Assembly (NCBI GenBank): GCA_043780835.1
Contig: JAYWCB010000009.1
Span: 1 to 61,081 of the forward strand
DNA: 61,081 bases
Direction of reading: 5' to 3'
Source: Minisyncoccota bacterium
Lineage (GTDB): Bacteria; Patescibacteriota; Minisyncoccia; Phycocordibacterales; UBA2100
This document shows positions 27,662 through 38,285 of the stretch, in pieces. Position numbers and translations under genes: made by a program. Position 1 is the stretch's first letter, and each line of letters starts with the position of its first letter. A model generated the notes under the pieces. It was given only the letters and a program-made list of their open reading frames with translations. It did not search any database and had not been told where the DNA came from.

Positions 27662-29005
27662 TTACTCAGCGTCTTTTTCTTTGTCGTTGGTTACTTCGCC
27701 CTGCTGTTCTTCGACAACTTCGTCGGCAACGTCGCGATCTTGTTCGACAGGGTCGAGGTTTTCAACGCCTTCGTCCTTTGCTTCGTCGTCATCACCCGAA
27801 ATGTCTTTCTTTGCTTCTGCAAATGTGTCTTCGGTTGCGCTCACATTTTCAACATCAGTCGGCACGGACTGTACCGGCTCAGTTGTGTCAGCTGCTGCCA
27901 CTTGTTCACCTCCCATAGAGCGGATGTCTATTTTCCAACCCGTGAGCCGTGCCGCAAGGCGTACGTTCTGTCCGCCGCGACCGATCGCGAGTGATTGCTG
28001 GTCTTCAGCCACCTGCACAATCGCACGGCTGTCTTCTTCAAAGAGTTCAATAGAAAGCACTTGTGCAGGCTTGAGCGCTTCTTTCACGTAGTCGCCTGCA
28101 GTCTGAGACCACTCCACCACGTCGATCTTTTCACCACCAAGTTCAGAGGTAACGACCGCAACACGTACGCCGCGCTGACCCACGAGTGCGCCGACCGGAT
28201 CAACGTGATCGTCTTTCGAGTGCACAGCGATTTTGGCACGTGAGCCAGGTTCGCGGACAATTCCTTTTACCTCCACAACGCCGGATGCCATCTCAGGTAC
28301 TTCGGTTTCGAAGAGTTTGGTCAAAAAGCGGGGGTGCGAACGCGAAAGTCGGATGAATGTGCCGCGGACGCCTTCGTCGACGCGCAGCAAGAGTGCGCGC
28401 ACACGCTCGCCTTGTCGGTAGCGCTCACCAGGGATTTGTTCGTCGTACGGGAGAATTGCTGTTGCCCGACCGAGGTCGATATAGAGGTTACCTCGCTCAA
28501 AGCGCTGCACATGGCCTGTGACGATTTCACCCTCACGTTCGCCATACTCCTCTATAATAGAGGCACGCTCTGCCTCTCGAACCTTTTGCATTATGACCTG
28601 TTTTGCAGCCTGAGCGGCAATACGACCGAAATCTTCTTGCGATTCAAGTGGGAATGAGATTTCCTCATCGAGCGCTGCGTCGCGCTTAATGCGGCGGGCG
28701 TCTTCGAGCATGATGTGCTGTTCTGGGTTGAATCGTGAGCGGTGGTCGTTGTCGTCGCTCGCTTCTTCATCTTCGCGGCGCACGAGTGTGGCGTCCACTA
28801 CGATTTTTGCTTGGCGGAACTCCATGTCACCGCTTTCCGGGTTGAAGTTTGCGCGGATGATTTGCCCTCGTTTACCGTATTCGCGGCGGTACGCGGCGGC
28901 GAGTGCTGTCGCGAGTGCGTCGATTACAGACTCGCGCGAAATACCGCGCTCTGCTTGGAGCTCCTCGAGAGCTGAGTTCAGTGATTTGAGATCAAAGAGT
29001 GCCAT
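27662..29005 (-). CDS. nusA: Transcription termination/antitermination factor NusA with acidic tail
   Basis: FGRIAAQAAKQVIMQK, S1 domain, REPGSRAKIAV, GALVGQRG.RV, SLAIGRGGQNVRLAARLTGWKIDI. Confidence 0.97.
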   Translation of the reverse strand: MALFDLKSLNSALEELQAERGISRESVIDALATALAAAYRREYGKRGQIIRANFNPESGDMEFRQAKIVVDATLVRREDEEASDDNDHRSRFNPEQHIMLEDARRIKRDAALDEEISFPLESQEDFGRIAAQAAKQVIMQKVREAERASIIEEYGEREGEIVTGHVQRFERGNLYIDLGRATAILPYDEQIPGERYRQGERVRALLLRVDEGVRGTFIRLSRSHPRFLTKLFETEVPEMASGVVEVKGIVREPGSRAKIAVHSKDDHVDPVGALVGQRGVRVAVVTSELGGEKIDVVEWSQTAGDYVKEALKPAQVLSIELFEEDSRAIVQVAEDQQSLAIGRGGQNVRLAARLTGWKIDIRSMGGEQVAAADTTEPVQSVPTDVENVSATEDTFAEAKKDISGDDDEAKDEGVENLDPVEQDRDVADEVVEEQQGEVTNDKEKDAE

Positions 29006-29047
29006 ATGGAATGTGTTGTAAATTCGTTCTTTTCGGGCGACCCTTTC

Positions 29048-29072
29048 AAAAAAAGGATCCGCCAGAGGCGGA
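29048..29072 (-). terminator. Leader terminator/attenuator upstream of nusA
   Basis: Sense TCCGCC-TCT-GGCGGA-TCC-T7, about 45 nt before the nusA ATG. Confidence 0.55.
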
Positions 29073-29219
29073 ACTAATGAAGGCAGTATACGGACGCCTC
29101 ACGGAGTCGTCAAGCACAATGGTCTCGCCGGAAACAAATCTATTTATTAGCTATATTCCACGGCGGATCAACATGATCCGCCTCTTCTCGTATGCGTGCT
29201 GATATACTGCGTATGATAT

Positions 29220-30950
29220 ATGTACATTTCGGAGACACATTTGAAAACCTTTCTCGCGGATGCGGGACTCGTTTCGCAAAAAGAATTTGACGCAGCGGAA
29301 GCGGAGGCAAAAGAAAACGGTCAAACAGTCGGAGAAGTACTGACTGCCAAGAACGCAATCGGTGAAGACGAATTGCGCCGCACGTATGCGTATATTCTCG
29401 GCATTCCGTTCGTGTCGCTTGCAGGCACACAAATTAAATATGAGACACTCTCGCTTATTCCCGAACCCGTTGCGCGACGCAACAACATCATTGCGTATAA
29501 CCACCGGGGTGACGAGCTCGAAGTCGCCATGCTTGATACCGACGATTTAGCGGCAATTGATTTCATTAAGAAAAAGACACATTTGAATGTGCAGGCGCGC
29601 TTAACCGACGCCGCATCAATTAAATACGCGCTCAAGCAATATCAGCAAGGACTCAAGGACAATCTGGGCGACGTAATAGAGCGCGAGACCGCCGTGCTCG
29701 CGAGTGCTGCAACGAATATCGATGAGAAGCAGATGGCAGAAGGAGTGCCGGCGGTTCGAATCGTAGATACGCTTCTGCGTCATGCAAGCGCGCAGGGCGC
29801 ATCCGACATTCATATCGAGCCTCTGCAGGAAACACTTTTGATTCGCTATCGCATCGACGGCCTTCTGCATGACGCGATGGAGTTGCCCAAACATGCGGCA
29901 GCTGCGATCACGGCGCGTATTAAAGTGCTTGCAAACATGAAGCTCGACGAAAAACGTCTCCCGCAAGACGGACGTTTTGGCACCGACAACGGCGGCGAGC
30001 GCGTCTCATTCCGCGTGTCGGTGCTGCCTACCTATTTCGGTGAGAAAATCGTGATGCGTTTGCTTCGTGACAATATTTCAGGCTTCACGCTCGAGGGTAT
30101 CGGTTTTCACGGCGTAGGTCTCGAGCGGATGCACGATGCCGTCCGCAAAACGACGGGCCTGATACTCACGACCGGTCCCACCGGCGCAGGAAAATCGACC
30201 ACGCTCTATACATTGCTCGATATTGTAAACACTCCTGACGTCAATATATCTACCATTGAAGACCCGATTGAATATCAAATGGCGCGAGTCAATCAGACAC
30301 AGGTGCGCCCGGAAATCGGATTCACGTTTGCCAATGGTCTGCGTTCGCTCGTTCGGCAGGACCCCGACATCGTTATGGTCGGTGAAATCCGTGACAAAGA
30401 AACGGCGGCGCTCGCGGTGAATGCCGCACTCACCGGTCACTTGGTGCTCTCAACCCTCCACACAAATTCTGCAGCAGGCGCGGTTGCTCGTTTACTCGAT
30501 ATGGGAATCGAACCGTTTCTACTTGTTTCAACGCTGCGAGTCATTATCGGACAACGTCTTGTGCGGCGACTCACACCGGATCGCGAACCGTACGATCTCT
30601 CAAAAGCGCAACAATCGGATCTTGAGAAGACTGTGGATCAGGGCACCGTTCTCAAGGCACTGAAGGAAGAAAAAATCGTTGCAAACGACATCACATGGAA
30701 AAATGTGCCCTTCTATAAAGCGCACGAGGGCGGGCAGTCTCCGTCGGGATATGCAACGCGCGTCGGTATTTACGAAGTGCTCCCGGTAACGGCAACGATC
30801 AAAGAGCTCATTATGAAAAGCGCGAGCGGTGATCAAATTCATGATCAGGCAAGAAAAGAGGGCATGCTCACGATGAGTGAAGATGGTATTTTTAAAGCAG
30901 TACAAGGTACGACAACTATTGAAGAGGTGCTTCGAGTAATTACCGATTAG
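29220..30950 (+). CDS. pilB: Type IV pilus assembly ATPase (PilB/GspE family)
   Basis: ASDIHIEP, LDEKRLPQDGR, TGPTGAGKSTTLY, TIEDPIEY, RQDPDIVMVGEIRD, LTGHLVLSTLHTN. Confidence 0.93.
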   Translation: MYISETHLKTFLADAGLVSQKEFDAAEAEAKENGQTVGEVLTAKNAIGEDELRRTYAYILGIPFVSLAGTQIKYETLSLIPEPVARRNNIIAYNHRGDELEVAMLDTDDLAAIDFIKKKTHLNVQARLTDAASIKYALKQYQQGLKDNLGDVIERETAVLASAATNIDEKQMAEGVPAVRIVDTLLRHASAQGASDIHIEPLQETLLIRYRIDGLLHDAMELPKHAAAAITARIKVLANMKLDEKRLPQDGRFGTDNGGERVSFRVSVLPTYFGEKIVMRLLRDNISGFTLEGIGFHGVGLERMHDAVRKTTGLILTTGPTGAGKSTTLYTLLDIVNTPDVNISTIEDPIEYQMARVNQTQVRPEIGFTFANGLRSLVRQDPDIVMVGEIRDKETAALAVNAALTGHLVLSTLHTNSAAGAVARLLDMGIEPFLLVSTLRVIIGQRLVRRLTPDREPYDLSKAQQSDLEKTVDQGTVLKALKEEKIVANDITWKNVPFYKAHEGGQSPSGYATRVGIYEVLPVTATIKELIMKSASGDQIHDQARKEGMLTMSEDGIFKAVQGTTTIEEVLRVITD

Positions 30951-31632
30951 CGGACGACGCAATCACCAGAAGCAACATCGCGAAGTTTTGCGCGACGAAG
31001 AACCAATAAAAGAAGTAGCCGGTCATTGGTCCACGCTTATTGTTATAGAGCAAAATAAGAGGTAATGCGAGCGCCGCATACTTTTCAAAGGGATGCATCA
31101 CGAACGCGTTTCCAAATCCGGGTGCAATAAAAAAACGCAGATTTGTCAGTATTGAAAGTATAAAAATCTGGCTCGCTACCATGAGCAGCGGCCTGTTATA
31201 AAACACGTAGAACGCAAGAATAGAAAGTACGCCTCCGGCGCCGTAATCGGTATGCAATACGCTCGCGAGAACTACGCACGCACCGGCGCCGAGCACGCCG
31301 AGCATCGGATTACTCGCGCGCTGTATGAGACGGATAGCGAGCAATCCAAAAAACAATGTGAACAACACATTAAAAAAGAGCGGATGCGTGCCATGCATAT
31401 AAAATCCGATTTCGTACGGGACTTGTGCGAGAACTGCGAAGAATGCTAAACGACCGAGATACACGTCAATGTTGCTCGTATATATTGCGCCGTTGGCTAT
31501 CAGCCACGCAATTAACGGATATGAAAGTCTGCCAATGACTTGCAGGGGAAATGCGTGCGGAAAGTAAAATAATGCAAAATGATCTACGAGCATCGCACAC
31601 ACCGCGATGACTTTTATCCAGAATGCGTTCAT
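30940..31632 (-). CDS. traX: TraX-family membrane acyltransferase
   Basis: IKVIAVCAMLVDH..IGRLSYPLIAWLIANG..T..Y..RL..FA..AQVPY, FNVLFTL, DYG..GV, YFFYWF. Confidence 0.8.
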   Translation of the reverse strand: MNAFWIKVIAVCAMLVDHFALFYFPHAFPLQVIGRLSYPLIAWLIANGAIYTSNIDVYLGRLAFFAVLAQVPYEIGFYMHGTHPLFFNVLFTLFFGLLAIRLIQRASNPMLGVLGAGACVVLASVLHTDYGAGGVLSILAFYVFYNRPLLMVASQIFILSILTNLRFFIAPGFGNAFVMHPFEKYAALALPLILLYNNKRGPMTGYFFYWFFVAQNFAMLLLVIASSANR

Positions 31633-31720
31633 ATCACAACGATACCACTATTGGTTTTGTCGGGTTAATGCACACGTGATCGTTGCCGTTTATGAAGACA
31701 GTGACATACTTGAGGCACGT

Positions 31721-33487
31721 ATGTGGATCATTGGACTTGCGGTTGCAGGACTCGCCATTCTTCTCAATAGGAGTCTCGCCGAGCGCGTCGATAGATTAGA
31801 AAAGCACGTTCGAGAACTCTCAAATAAACAGGTACAGTCGAGCGACGCGTCCCTACGGGCCGCGGCAACCGCTCAACAAATTCCTAGATCACTTGTGGAG
31901 CCGGTATCCGCCGCCGCTCCAATGGCTCAAAACACAGGAGCGATTGCTGCAGGAGTGAGTTCGGAAGATATATTTTTCAATTGGCTCAAAGACAATTGGC
32001 TTCTCAAACTCGGGGCGCTTTTACTGCTCATTGGGTTCGGGTGGCTGGTCAGCTATGCGTTTCTTAATAATTGGATCGGGCCCGCCGGCCGTATCGGACT
32101 TGGCATGTTGAGTGGGACGGCAATCATGATAATTGGATTTTGGCGCATCCGCACATTTGCGGCACAAGGGGGCATCTTTATCGCTCTCGGCGCAACGGTG
32201 ATGTTGCTTACTACATATGCCGCACGCGGAATCTACGGATTCTTCACGCCGGCAAGCGCGCTTGTATTTATGTTTGCGGTCTCCGCACTCGTCGCACTTG
32301 CAAGCGGAATCTACAATAGGAAATCGCTCGCCATCGCAAGTGTCTTTTTGGCGGGAGCTGCACCAATGCTTACGGCATCAGCTACTCAAAATTACATAGC
32401 GCTTTTTGCATATCTGTTCGCCGTCGTCTTGGGATCTGTTTGGATTACCGTGTGGAAAGACTATCGGGAAGTGGTACTTGCGTCGCTTTTAATCGTTTTG
32501 TATTACAGCATGCCGAGTTTGCTCGGTATACATACAGCTGATCGAGATCTGCTTCTCCTTTTTGTATACGGATTTTCGGCGATCTTTTATGTATCCCACA
32601 CGGCTGGCCTCATACGACTGACCGGCAAAGCCGCAACCGCAGATCTTTTAGTCGCACTTGGGAATTCACTTTTGCTTGCTGTATGGATTTACGTTGCCGC
32701 GCAAAAAGAATGGCAAAGTCTTATTCTCATGGCGTGGGCCGTCGTGTTCGTCGTGGGAGCATTTGTTGTGTTCCGTAGAAACGGCGCACGGGAACCTCTG
32801 TATCTGTATGCCGGCGTGGGTCTTGCATACATTGCAGCGGCAACCGCAATTGAGTTGAGTGGTGCGGCACTTACGCTGGCATACATCTTTGAAGCAGCGG
32901 TGCTATCGCTTAGTTTGTATGGGCTTACGAAAGACATCGTAGTCGCGCAACGGGCATCGATTGCGCTTGCCGGTCCCGCGCTCCTCTCATTCGAAAGTAT
33001 GACGTCAAGTGCCTGGAATCTCGGCGTTTTCAATGAACATTTTTTTGTTCTTGCAGCCATGACTGCCGCACTTTTCATATTGGGCGGCATGTACTTTGAG
33101 GCTGCGCAACGTTCGACTGATGATGTAAAGCGCGGTAACGCAGCATTGCTGATCATTGGCACTCTCTATGCGTACATATTGTTATGGCTTTCTCTTCACG
33201 CGGCGATGCCTCAGCAGCCCGATACGGCCGTGATGATCGCACTCTTCATATATACCGTGATCGGTGTTGCTGCGTATGTGTACGGCAGCTCAGATGATTC
33301 GTCGGGCTTGAAAGCGTACGGCGGCACGATGCTTGCGCTTGTTGTCGCGCGACTCATGATAGTCGACGTGTGGCATATGGCATTGACCGGACGCATCATT
33401 ACATTTTTTCTCATTGGAACGCTCCTAATGAGCACGGCTTTTATCGGGAAGCGAAAGCAGACAATTCATGCAGACACTAAAATATAA
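31721..33487 (+). CDS. DUF2339-like multi-pass membrane protein
   Basis: N-terminal ..ERVDRLE coiled coil, NWLLKLGALLLLIG, IGP.GRI.LG, many TM helices, C-terminal RIITFF.IG.LL. Confidence 0.8.
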   Translation: MWIIGLAVAGLAILLNRSLAERVDRLEKHVRELSNKQVQSSDASLRAAATAQQIPRSLVEPVSAAAPMAQNTGAIAAGVSSEDIFFNWLKDNWLLKLGALLLLIGFGWLVSYAFLNNWIGPAGRIGLGMLSGTAIMIIGFWRIRTFAAQGGIFIALGATVMLLTTYAARGIYGFFTPASALVFMFAVSALVALASGIYNRKSLAIASVFLAGAAPMLTASATQNYIALFAYLFAVVLGSVWITVWKDYREVVLASLLIVLYYSMPSLLGIHTADRDLLLLFVYGFSAIFYVSHTAGLIRLTGKAATADLLVALGNSLLLAVWIYVAAQKEWQSLILMAWAVVFVVGAFVVFRRNGAREPLYLYAGVGLAYIAAATAIELSGAALTLAYIFEAAVLSLSLYGLTKDIVVAQRASIALAGPALLSFESMTSSAWNLGVFNEHFFVLAAMTAALFILGGMYFEAAQRSTDDVKRGNAALLIIGTLYAYILLWLSLHAAMPQQPDTAVMIALFIYTVIGVAAYVYGSSDDSSGLKAYGGTMLALVVARLMIVDVWHMALTGRIITFFLIGTLLMSTAFIGKRKQTIHADTKI

Positions 33488-34616
33488 AGTCGGTGCGATC
33501 ATCTTTTTTGTTCTCTGTGGTGCATCTATTGTCTCTGCGCAAGGGATCGCATCAAGTGCCTTTCGAGAGTTTATTGATGTAGAAACATCGGTACTGAATC
33601 TGCAGGTACCTACCGTCATAGAAATACCACTGAATGTCCGCTTAGACCGCGAAGAATTTGGGGTCTATGACATGACAGAGTCGGTGTTCATACCGTATCA
33701 ATTCATGTCGCAACAAAAAACTACCCACTTTAGTGCGAAATCCGACGATACGTTCAATGCCTCGTTTTTGACCGACAACAATCTCGCTTCGTCAGCGGAT
33801 TTTGAAGTCCCGGGGGATCGAGCGGTATCGGCATCCATAGAACTACAAAGTGATGAAATGGTACGTGCCTCGTCTATTTCTCTCCTCCTGGGGAAAAATG
33901 TTTCGCTCCCCACATACGTATCATTGCGTGTTGATGGCGCACGTGTGGTTGTTGCCCGTCGACTGCTGACGTCGAGTACGATCGATTTTCCCGAAACATC
34001 AGCTCATTCATGGATTATCGATCTCGAACATATTCAACCGCTCCGCATTGCAGAATTACGCATCAATGAGACGGGCAATGCGCAAGGCGCGCGGTCGGTG
34101 CGCTTTCTGGCCCAGCCGAAGCACGTGTATCGCGTGTTCTTCGATGCGGATCGCTCAGGCCCGCCTCCTGTGGGCGAAGCGGGAAACCTGGCAACAGCCA
34201 CTGGCGTACGGGTTATTTCGGGCAGTCCAATTCAGAGAAACACGTTGTATACAGAATCCGATCTTGATGCAGACGGAATTCCCGACATCGGGGATAACTG
34301 TGTCAGTGTAAGTAATACTGATCAAAAAGATGCCGACAACAACGGTCTTGGCGACGTGTGTCAGGATTTTGATCTCGACGGTATTTCTAATGCGCGCGAT
34401 AACTGCATCAACGAACCAAATGCAAATCAAGCAGACGCGGACAGTGACGGTATCGGTGACGTGTGTGATACACAAGAGAGTCGTTTTACTGAGCGGTATC
34501 CATGGCTCCCCTGGGTTGGAATCGGCATCGCCGCGCTCGTTATTCTATCGCTTTTCGGCATCATGCTTATGACCGCACCAAAATCAGACGCGTTGCCTGA
34601 AAATCCAGTGCTGTAA
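33468..34616 (+). CDS. Exported protein with thrombospondin type-3 (Ca-binding) repeats and C-terminal TM
   Basis: DLDADGIPDIGDNC..N.DQ.DAD.NG.GDVC repeated; signal peptide. Confidence 0.85.
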   Translation: MQTLKYKVGAIIFFVLCGASIVSAQGIASSAFREFIDVETSVLNLQVPTVIEIPLNVRLDREEFGVYDMTESVFIPYQFMSQQKTTHFSAKSDDTFNASFLTDNNLASSADFEVPGDRAVSASIELQSDEMVRASSISLLLGKNVSLPTYVSLRVDGARVVVARRLLTSSTIDFPETSAHSWIIDLEHIQPLRIAELRINETGNAQGARSVRFLAQPKHVYRVFFDADRSGPPPVGEAGNLATATGVRVISGSPIQRNTLYTESDLDADGIPDIGDNCVSVSNTDQKDADNNGLGDVCQDFDLDGISNARDNCINEPNANQADADSDGIGDVCDTQESRFTERYPWLPWVGIGIAALVILSLFGIMLMTAPKSDALPENPVL

Positions 34617-34681
34617 TTTCTTGTCCACGAAGCACACATTACCGCATCGAATGCGTCGTTCGATGCAATATACTGCTTGTA

Positions 34682-35899
34682 ATGGCGCACTTCTCCTACA
34701 CTGCAGAAAAAAATGACGGCGAAATCTATAAAGGTGTTGCCGAGGCGGCCGATCGCTTCGAGCTGTATCAAATTATTCGACGGGAAGGCGCGCGTGTTAT
34801 TTCGGTAAACGAAGACTCGAGCAACAGTAAATTAAGTTGGGCGTACTGGAATTCGCTGTTCAGTACCGTAAAAGAGTATGACAAGATTCTTCTTGCTAGA
34901 AATTTAGGGGCGATGCTCGGCGCCGGTCTTTCGCTTGCACGCGCGCTTTCAGTGATTGAGCGTCAGTCAAAGAACGCAAAACTCGCAAAGACTGTTGCGG
35001 AGCTCGCCGGAGATGTCCGTCGGGGCGATGCGTTGCATGTGGCGCTCGCGAAATACCCAGCCGTGTTTTCCAAGTTGATGATCGCAATGGTACGCGCCGG
35101 TGAAGAGGGGGGAGACTTGTCTCAATCGCTCGCGGTTACGTCTGATCAAATGGAGCGGATTTTTGATCTCAAAAAGAAAATTCGCGGCGCGATGCTCTAC
35201 CCCTGCATCATTCTCATTGCAATTGTCGGCATCGGAGTACTTATGATGATCAAGGTTGTTCCCACGCTCGCGCAGACATTTGCCGAAATGAACGCAAAAT
35301 TGCCGCAATCCACCCTCTTTGTCATCGCAATCAGTAATTTTCTGGTACACAATACGGTGGGAGCCATTATTTTATTGTGTGCAGGGGTCATCGGTGCGTA
35401 CTTGCTCGCAAAAACAAAAACCGGACAGCGTATTTCTGACTATGTATTTATCCAACTTCCTATCATCGGAGAGATGGTTCGTGAGGTAAACGCGGCCCGC
35501 ACCGCACGCACACTCGCATCGCTCTCAGCCTCGGGCGTTGATGTGCTCACGAGCCTGGAAATAACTCAGGAGGTCGTGCAAAATTCCTTTTTTCAAGATG
35601 TACTCAAAGAAGCACGAAAATCCGTAGGAGAGGGGGAGCCGCTTTCAGCGACATTCGTGCGTAGCGAAAAATTATACCCGTCGTTTGTGGGGGAAATGAT
35701 GTCCGTCGGAGAAGAGACAGGGCAAACGGCAGAGATGCTCAAGCGTCTCGCTACGTACTATGAGGCCGAAGTCGACCGTAAAACTAAGGATATGTCGACG
35801 ATCATCGAACCGTTTCTGATGCTTTTCATCGGCGGTGCTGTCGGATTTTTCGCAATCTCCATGATTTCACCGATTTATCAGCTCTCGGAGCATATTTAA
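34682..35899 (+). CDS. pilC: Type IV pilus platform protein (PilC/GspF)
   Basis: ARNLGAML.AGL.L..AL, MVRAGEEGG.L, GAMLYP, GEETG, IIEPFLML.IG. Confidence 0.92.
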   Translation: MAHFSYTAEKNDGEIYKGVAEAADRFELYQIIRREGARVISVNEDSSNSKLSWAYWNSLFSTVKEYDKILLARNLGAMLGAGLSLARALSVIERQSKNAKLAKTVAELAGDVRRGDALHVALAKYPAVFSKLMIAMVRAGEEGGDLSQSLAVTSDQMERIFDLKKKIRGAMLYPCIILIAIVGIGVLMMIKVVPTLAQTFAEMNAKLPQSTLFVIAISNFLVHNTVGAIILLCAGVIGAYLLAKTKTGQRISDYVFIQLPIIGEMVREVNAARTARTLASLSASGVDVLTSLEITQEVVQNSFFQDVLKEARKSVGEGEPLSATFVRSEKLYPSFVGEMMSVGEETGQTAEMLKRLATYYEAEVDRKTKDMSTIIEPFLMLFIGGAVGFFAISMISPIYQLSEHI

Positions 35900-35931
35900 C
35901 GCGGGCGCGCTCGTGAACCTGTACGCCGTAC

Positions 35932-37683
35932 ATGGAGATACATACGCAGCACAAAAACCGGGTCGCCCATCAGCAGGCAGGGCTCACGTTGATCGACACG
36001 ATTGTCGGAACGGCACTCATGCTCGTGGTTTTTATGGGTATCTCTGCTGCGTTTCAACTTACGGTCGATGTGGTGAGCAATAGTAAAGCACGAGCGGGTG
36101 CAATCGCACTCGCGAATGAACGAATGGAGTATCTGAAAAGTCTTTCCTATGGCCAAGTCGGCGTAACGGGAGGAATTCCATCAGGAATTGTTCCGCAGAT
36201 AGAATCGATTGCACTGAACGGTGTGTCGTATACGCGACGTACGCTGGTGTACTACTCTGATGATCCGGCCGATGGCACCGGGGCAGCTGATACCAACGGC
36301 ATCATTGCTGACTATAAAACAATTCGCGTTGAAATTTCGTGGACTACAAAGCGAGTCGCCCACAGTATTCAAGTCGTGGGGCGTATGTCGCCGCCGGGTG
36401 TTGAAACCGCGGTCGCAGGCGGCACGCTTACGATAAACGTAGTCGATGCAAACGCCGCACCTGTACGCGATGCGCAGATCGATATCACAAATAGTTCAAC
36501 TTCCCCGGCTGTTTCGATACGTACTTATACCAACGACCTCGGGTCGATCACGTTCATCGGAGCGCCGGCAGCAAGCGGGTATCAAATTGTCGTATCAAAA
36601 ACAGGATATTCAACTGAGCAAACATATCCCCTTACTTCGCAGAATCCAAATCCGAATCCGCGGCATCTCACGGTGTCGAACAATCTCACCACCTCGTATA
36701 CATTTGCCATCGATGTACTTGCAAACAAAACGATTCAGACGTTTAAGGCGACCGAGCCGCGTGTATGGACTGATCCGCTCTCGAGCGGCACTTATATAGC
36801 AACAACGAGCAATACCGTGCTTTCGGGGGGTATGGTGCGACTCGCAGGATCGGCACCATATGCATCGAGCGGATTCGTGCTCTCTACGGATATCTCAACA
36901 GCACTGCTTTCGAGGTGGAACGCACTCTCGTGGATTGATGCGATGCCTGCGCAAACCGCGATACGATACTCGCTTTACACCATGCAGGGAGGTAACCCCA
37001 CACTCATTCCCGATAGCGCGCTACCGGGTAATGGAACAGGGTTCACCAGTTCACCGGTTGATCTTTCAGGACTTTCGACGAGCACGTATCCGTCGGTTCG
37101 TATTGGCGCCACGCTCACCACGAGCAGTGCGAGCTCAACACCATCGATAGATGTATGGACTGTGTCATATGACTACGGACCGGAAGTCTTACCGAATCTT
37201 TCAGTGACGATGCGCGGGTTGAAGACGATTGGAAACAGCCCGACGATCTATAAAAACAACGCGACCAGCACCAGTAATAACACCGGTGTTATTTCACTAC
37301 CGTACATCGAGTGGGACACCTATTCGGTCGATGTATCTGCGGTGAGCGGATATGAAACGGCAGAAGTCTGCGCGCCGCAGCCGGAATTACTCTCTCCGGG
37401 AGCGGATCAATTAACGCGCCTCTTCGTTGCGACGAATACGCCGCGCTCGCTCATTGTGGACGTGCGCGATAGTAATGGCTCATATATTGCAAATGCGGCG
37501 GTACAATTATTCAGTACCTCGACAAATAAAACATTGCAGACATCTCTGTGCGGCCAGGTGTATTTCCCCGCGCTCAACAGTGGCACGTATTCGTTGAACG
37601 TTTCCAAGACTGGGTTTCAAAATAAAACGGCAACAACCACGATCTCTTCAGATACACGCACATCCATTGTGCTCGTCCCATAA
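35932..37683 (+). CDS. Large minor pilin (PilV-like) with Ig-like/carboxypeptidase-regulatory-like domains
   Basis: Prepilin motif QAG|LTLID, hydrophobic helix, A..LANERME; repeated V.D..G.P..A.V..YT..G..YxI.VSKTG. Confidence 0.75.
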   Translation: MEIHTQHKNRVAHQQAGLTLIDTIVGTALMLVVFMGISAAFQLTVDVVSNSKARAGAIALANERMEYLKSLSYGQVGVTGGIPSGIVPQIESIALNGVSYTRRTLVYYSDDPADGTGAADTNGIIADYKTIRVEISWTTKRVAHSIQVVGRMSPPGVETAVAGGTLTINVVDANAAPVRDAQIDITNSSTSPAVSIRTYTNDLGSITFIGAPAASGYQIVVSKTGYSTEQTYPLTSQNPNPNPRHLTVSNNLTTSYTFAIDVLANKTIQTFKATEPRVWTDPLSSGTYIATTSNTVLSGGMVRLAGSAPYASSGFVLSTDISTALLSRWNALSWIDAMPAQTAIRYSLYTMQGGNPTLIPDSALPGNGTGFTSSPVDLSGLSTSTYPSVRIGATLTTSSASSTPSIDVWTVSYDYGPEVLPNLSVTMRGLKTIGNSPTIYKNNATSTSNNTGVISLPYIEWDTYSVDVSAVSGYETAEVCAPQPELLSPGADQLTRLFVATNTPRSLIVDVRDSNGSYIANAAVQLFSTSTNKTLQTSLCGQVYFPALNSGTYSLNVSKTGFQNKTATTTISSDTRTSIVLVP

Positions 37684-37687
37684 CAGT

Positions 37688-38284
37688 ATGAATTCTTCAC
37701 AACGTGGCATGTCATTTATTGAAACAATGGTTTGGATTGCGCTGATGGTTTCAGCGATAACCGCTGTCGCGTCAACGGTTCTTTATTTTTACCGGACAAA
37801 CGCATATTCGCTTGAGCAGTCGACAGCAGTCACCTCTGCGCAGCACGGACTCGATAGCATGGTACGAACCATCCGTGAGGCATCTTTTTCCAGTCAAGGT
37901 GCGTTTCCAATCGTATCGGTCTCCCCAAACGATTTTGTATTTTACGCAGATGTGGATAGCGACCCGCTTGTAGAACGGGTGCATTATTATTTGAACGGCA
38001 CGACCATGATGCGCGGAATTTTAAAGCCGACGGGAAATCCTCCGGACTATATCGGCGCAGAAACGACCGACGTTGTTGCAGAATATGTCAGAAATGCATC
38101 CGTGGGATCATCTACGTTTCAGTATTACGATGCGCTCGGCGCGCAAGTCGCCTCATCCACCACCGCATATACAGGGGTACGTTTCGTGAAAGTCACGCTC
38201 GGTGTGAATGTAAACCTCGCCACGCTCCCAAACCAGCTTACACTGTATTCATCCGCAGCAATCCGTAACTTGATCGGCAAATGA
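37688..38284 (+). CDS. Minor pilin (PilW-like)
   Basis: Prepilin motif QRG|MSFIE followed by a hydrophobic helix. Confidence 0.8.
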   Translation: MNSSQRGMSFIETMVWIALMVSAITAVASTVLYFYRTNAYSLEQSTAVTSAQHGLDSMVRTIREASFSSQGAFPIVSVSPNDFVFYADVDSDPLVERVHYYLNGTTMMRGILKPTGNPPDYIGAETTDVVAEYVRNASVGSSTFQYYDALGAQVASSTTAYTGVRFVKVTLGVNVNLATLPNQLTLYSSAAIRNLIGK

Positions 38285-38285
38285 T

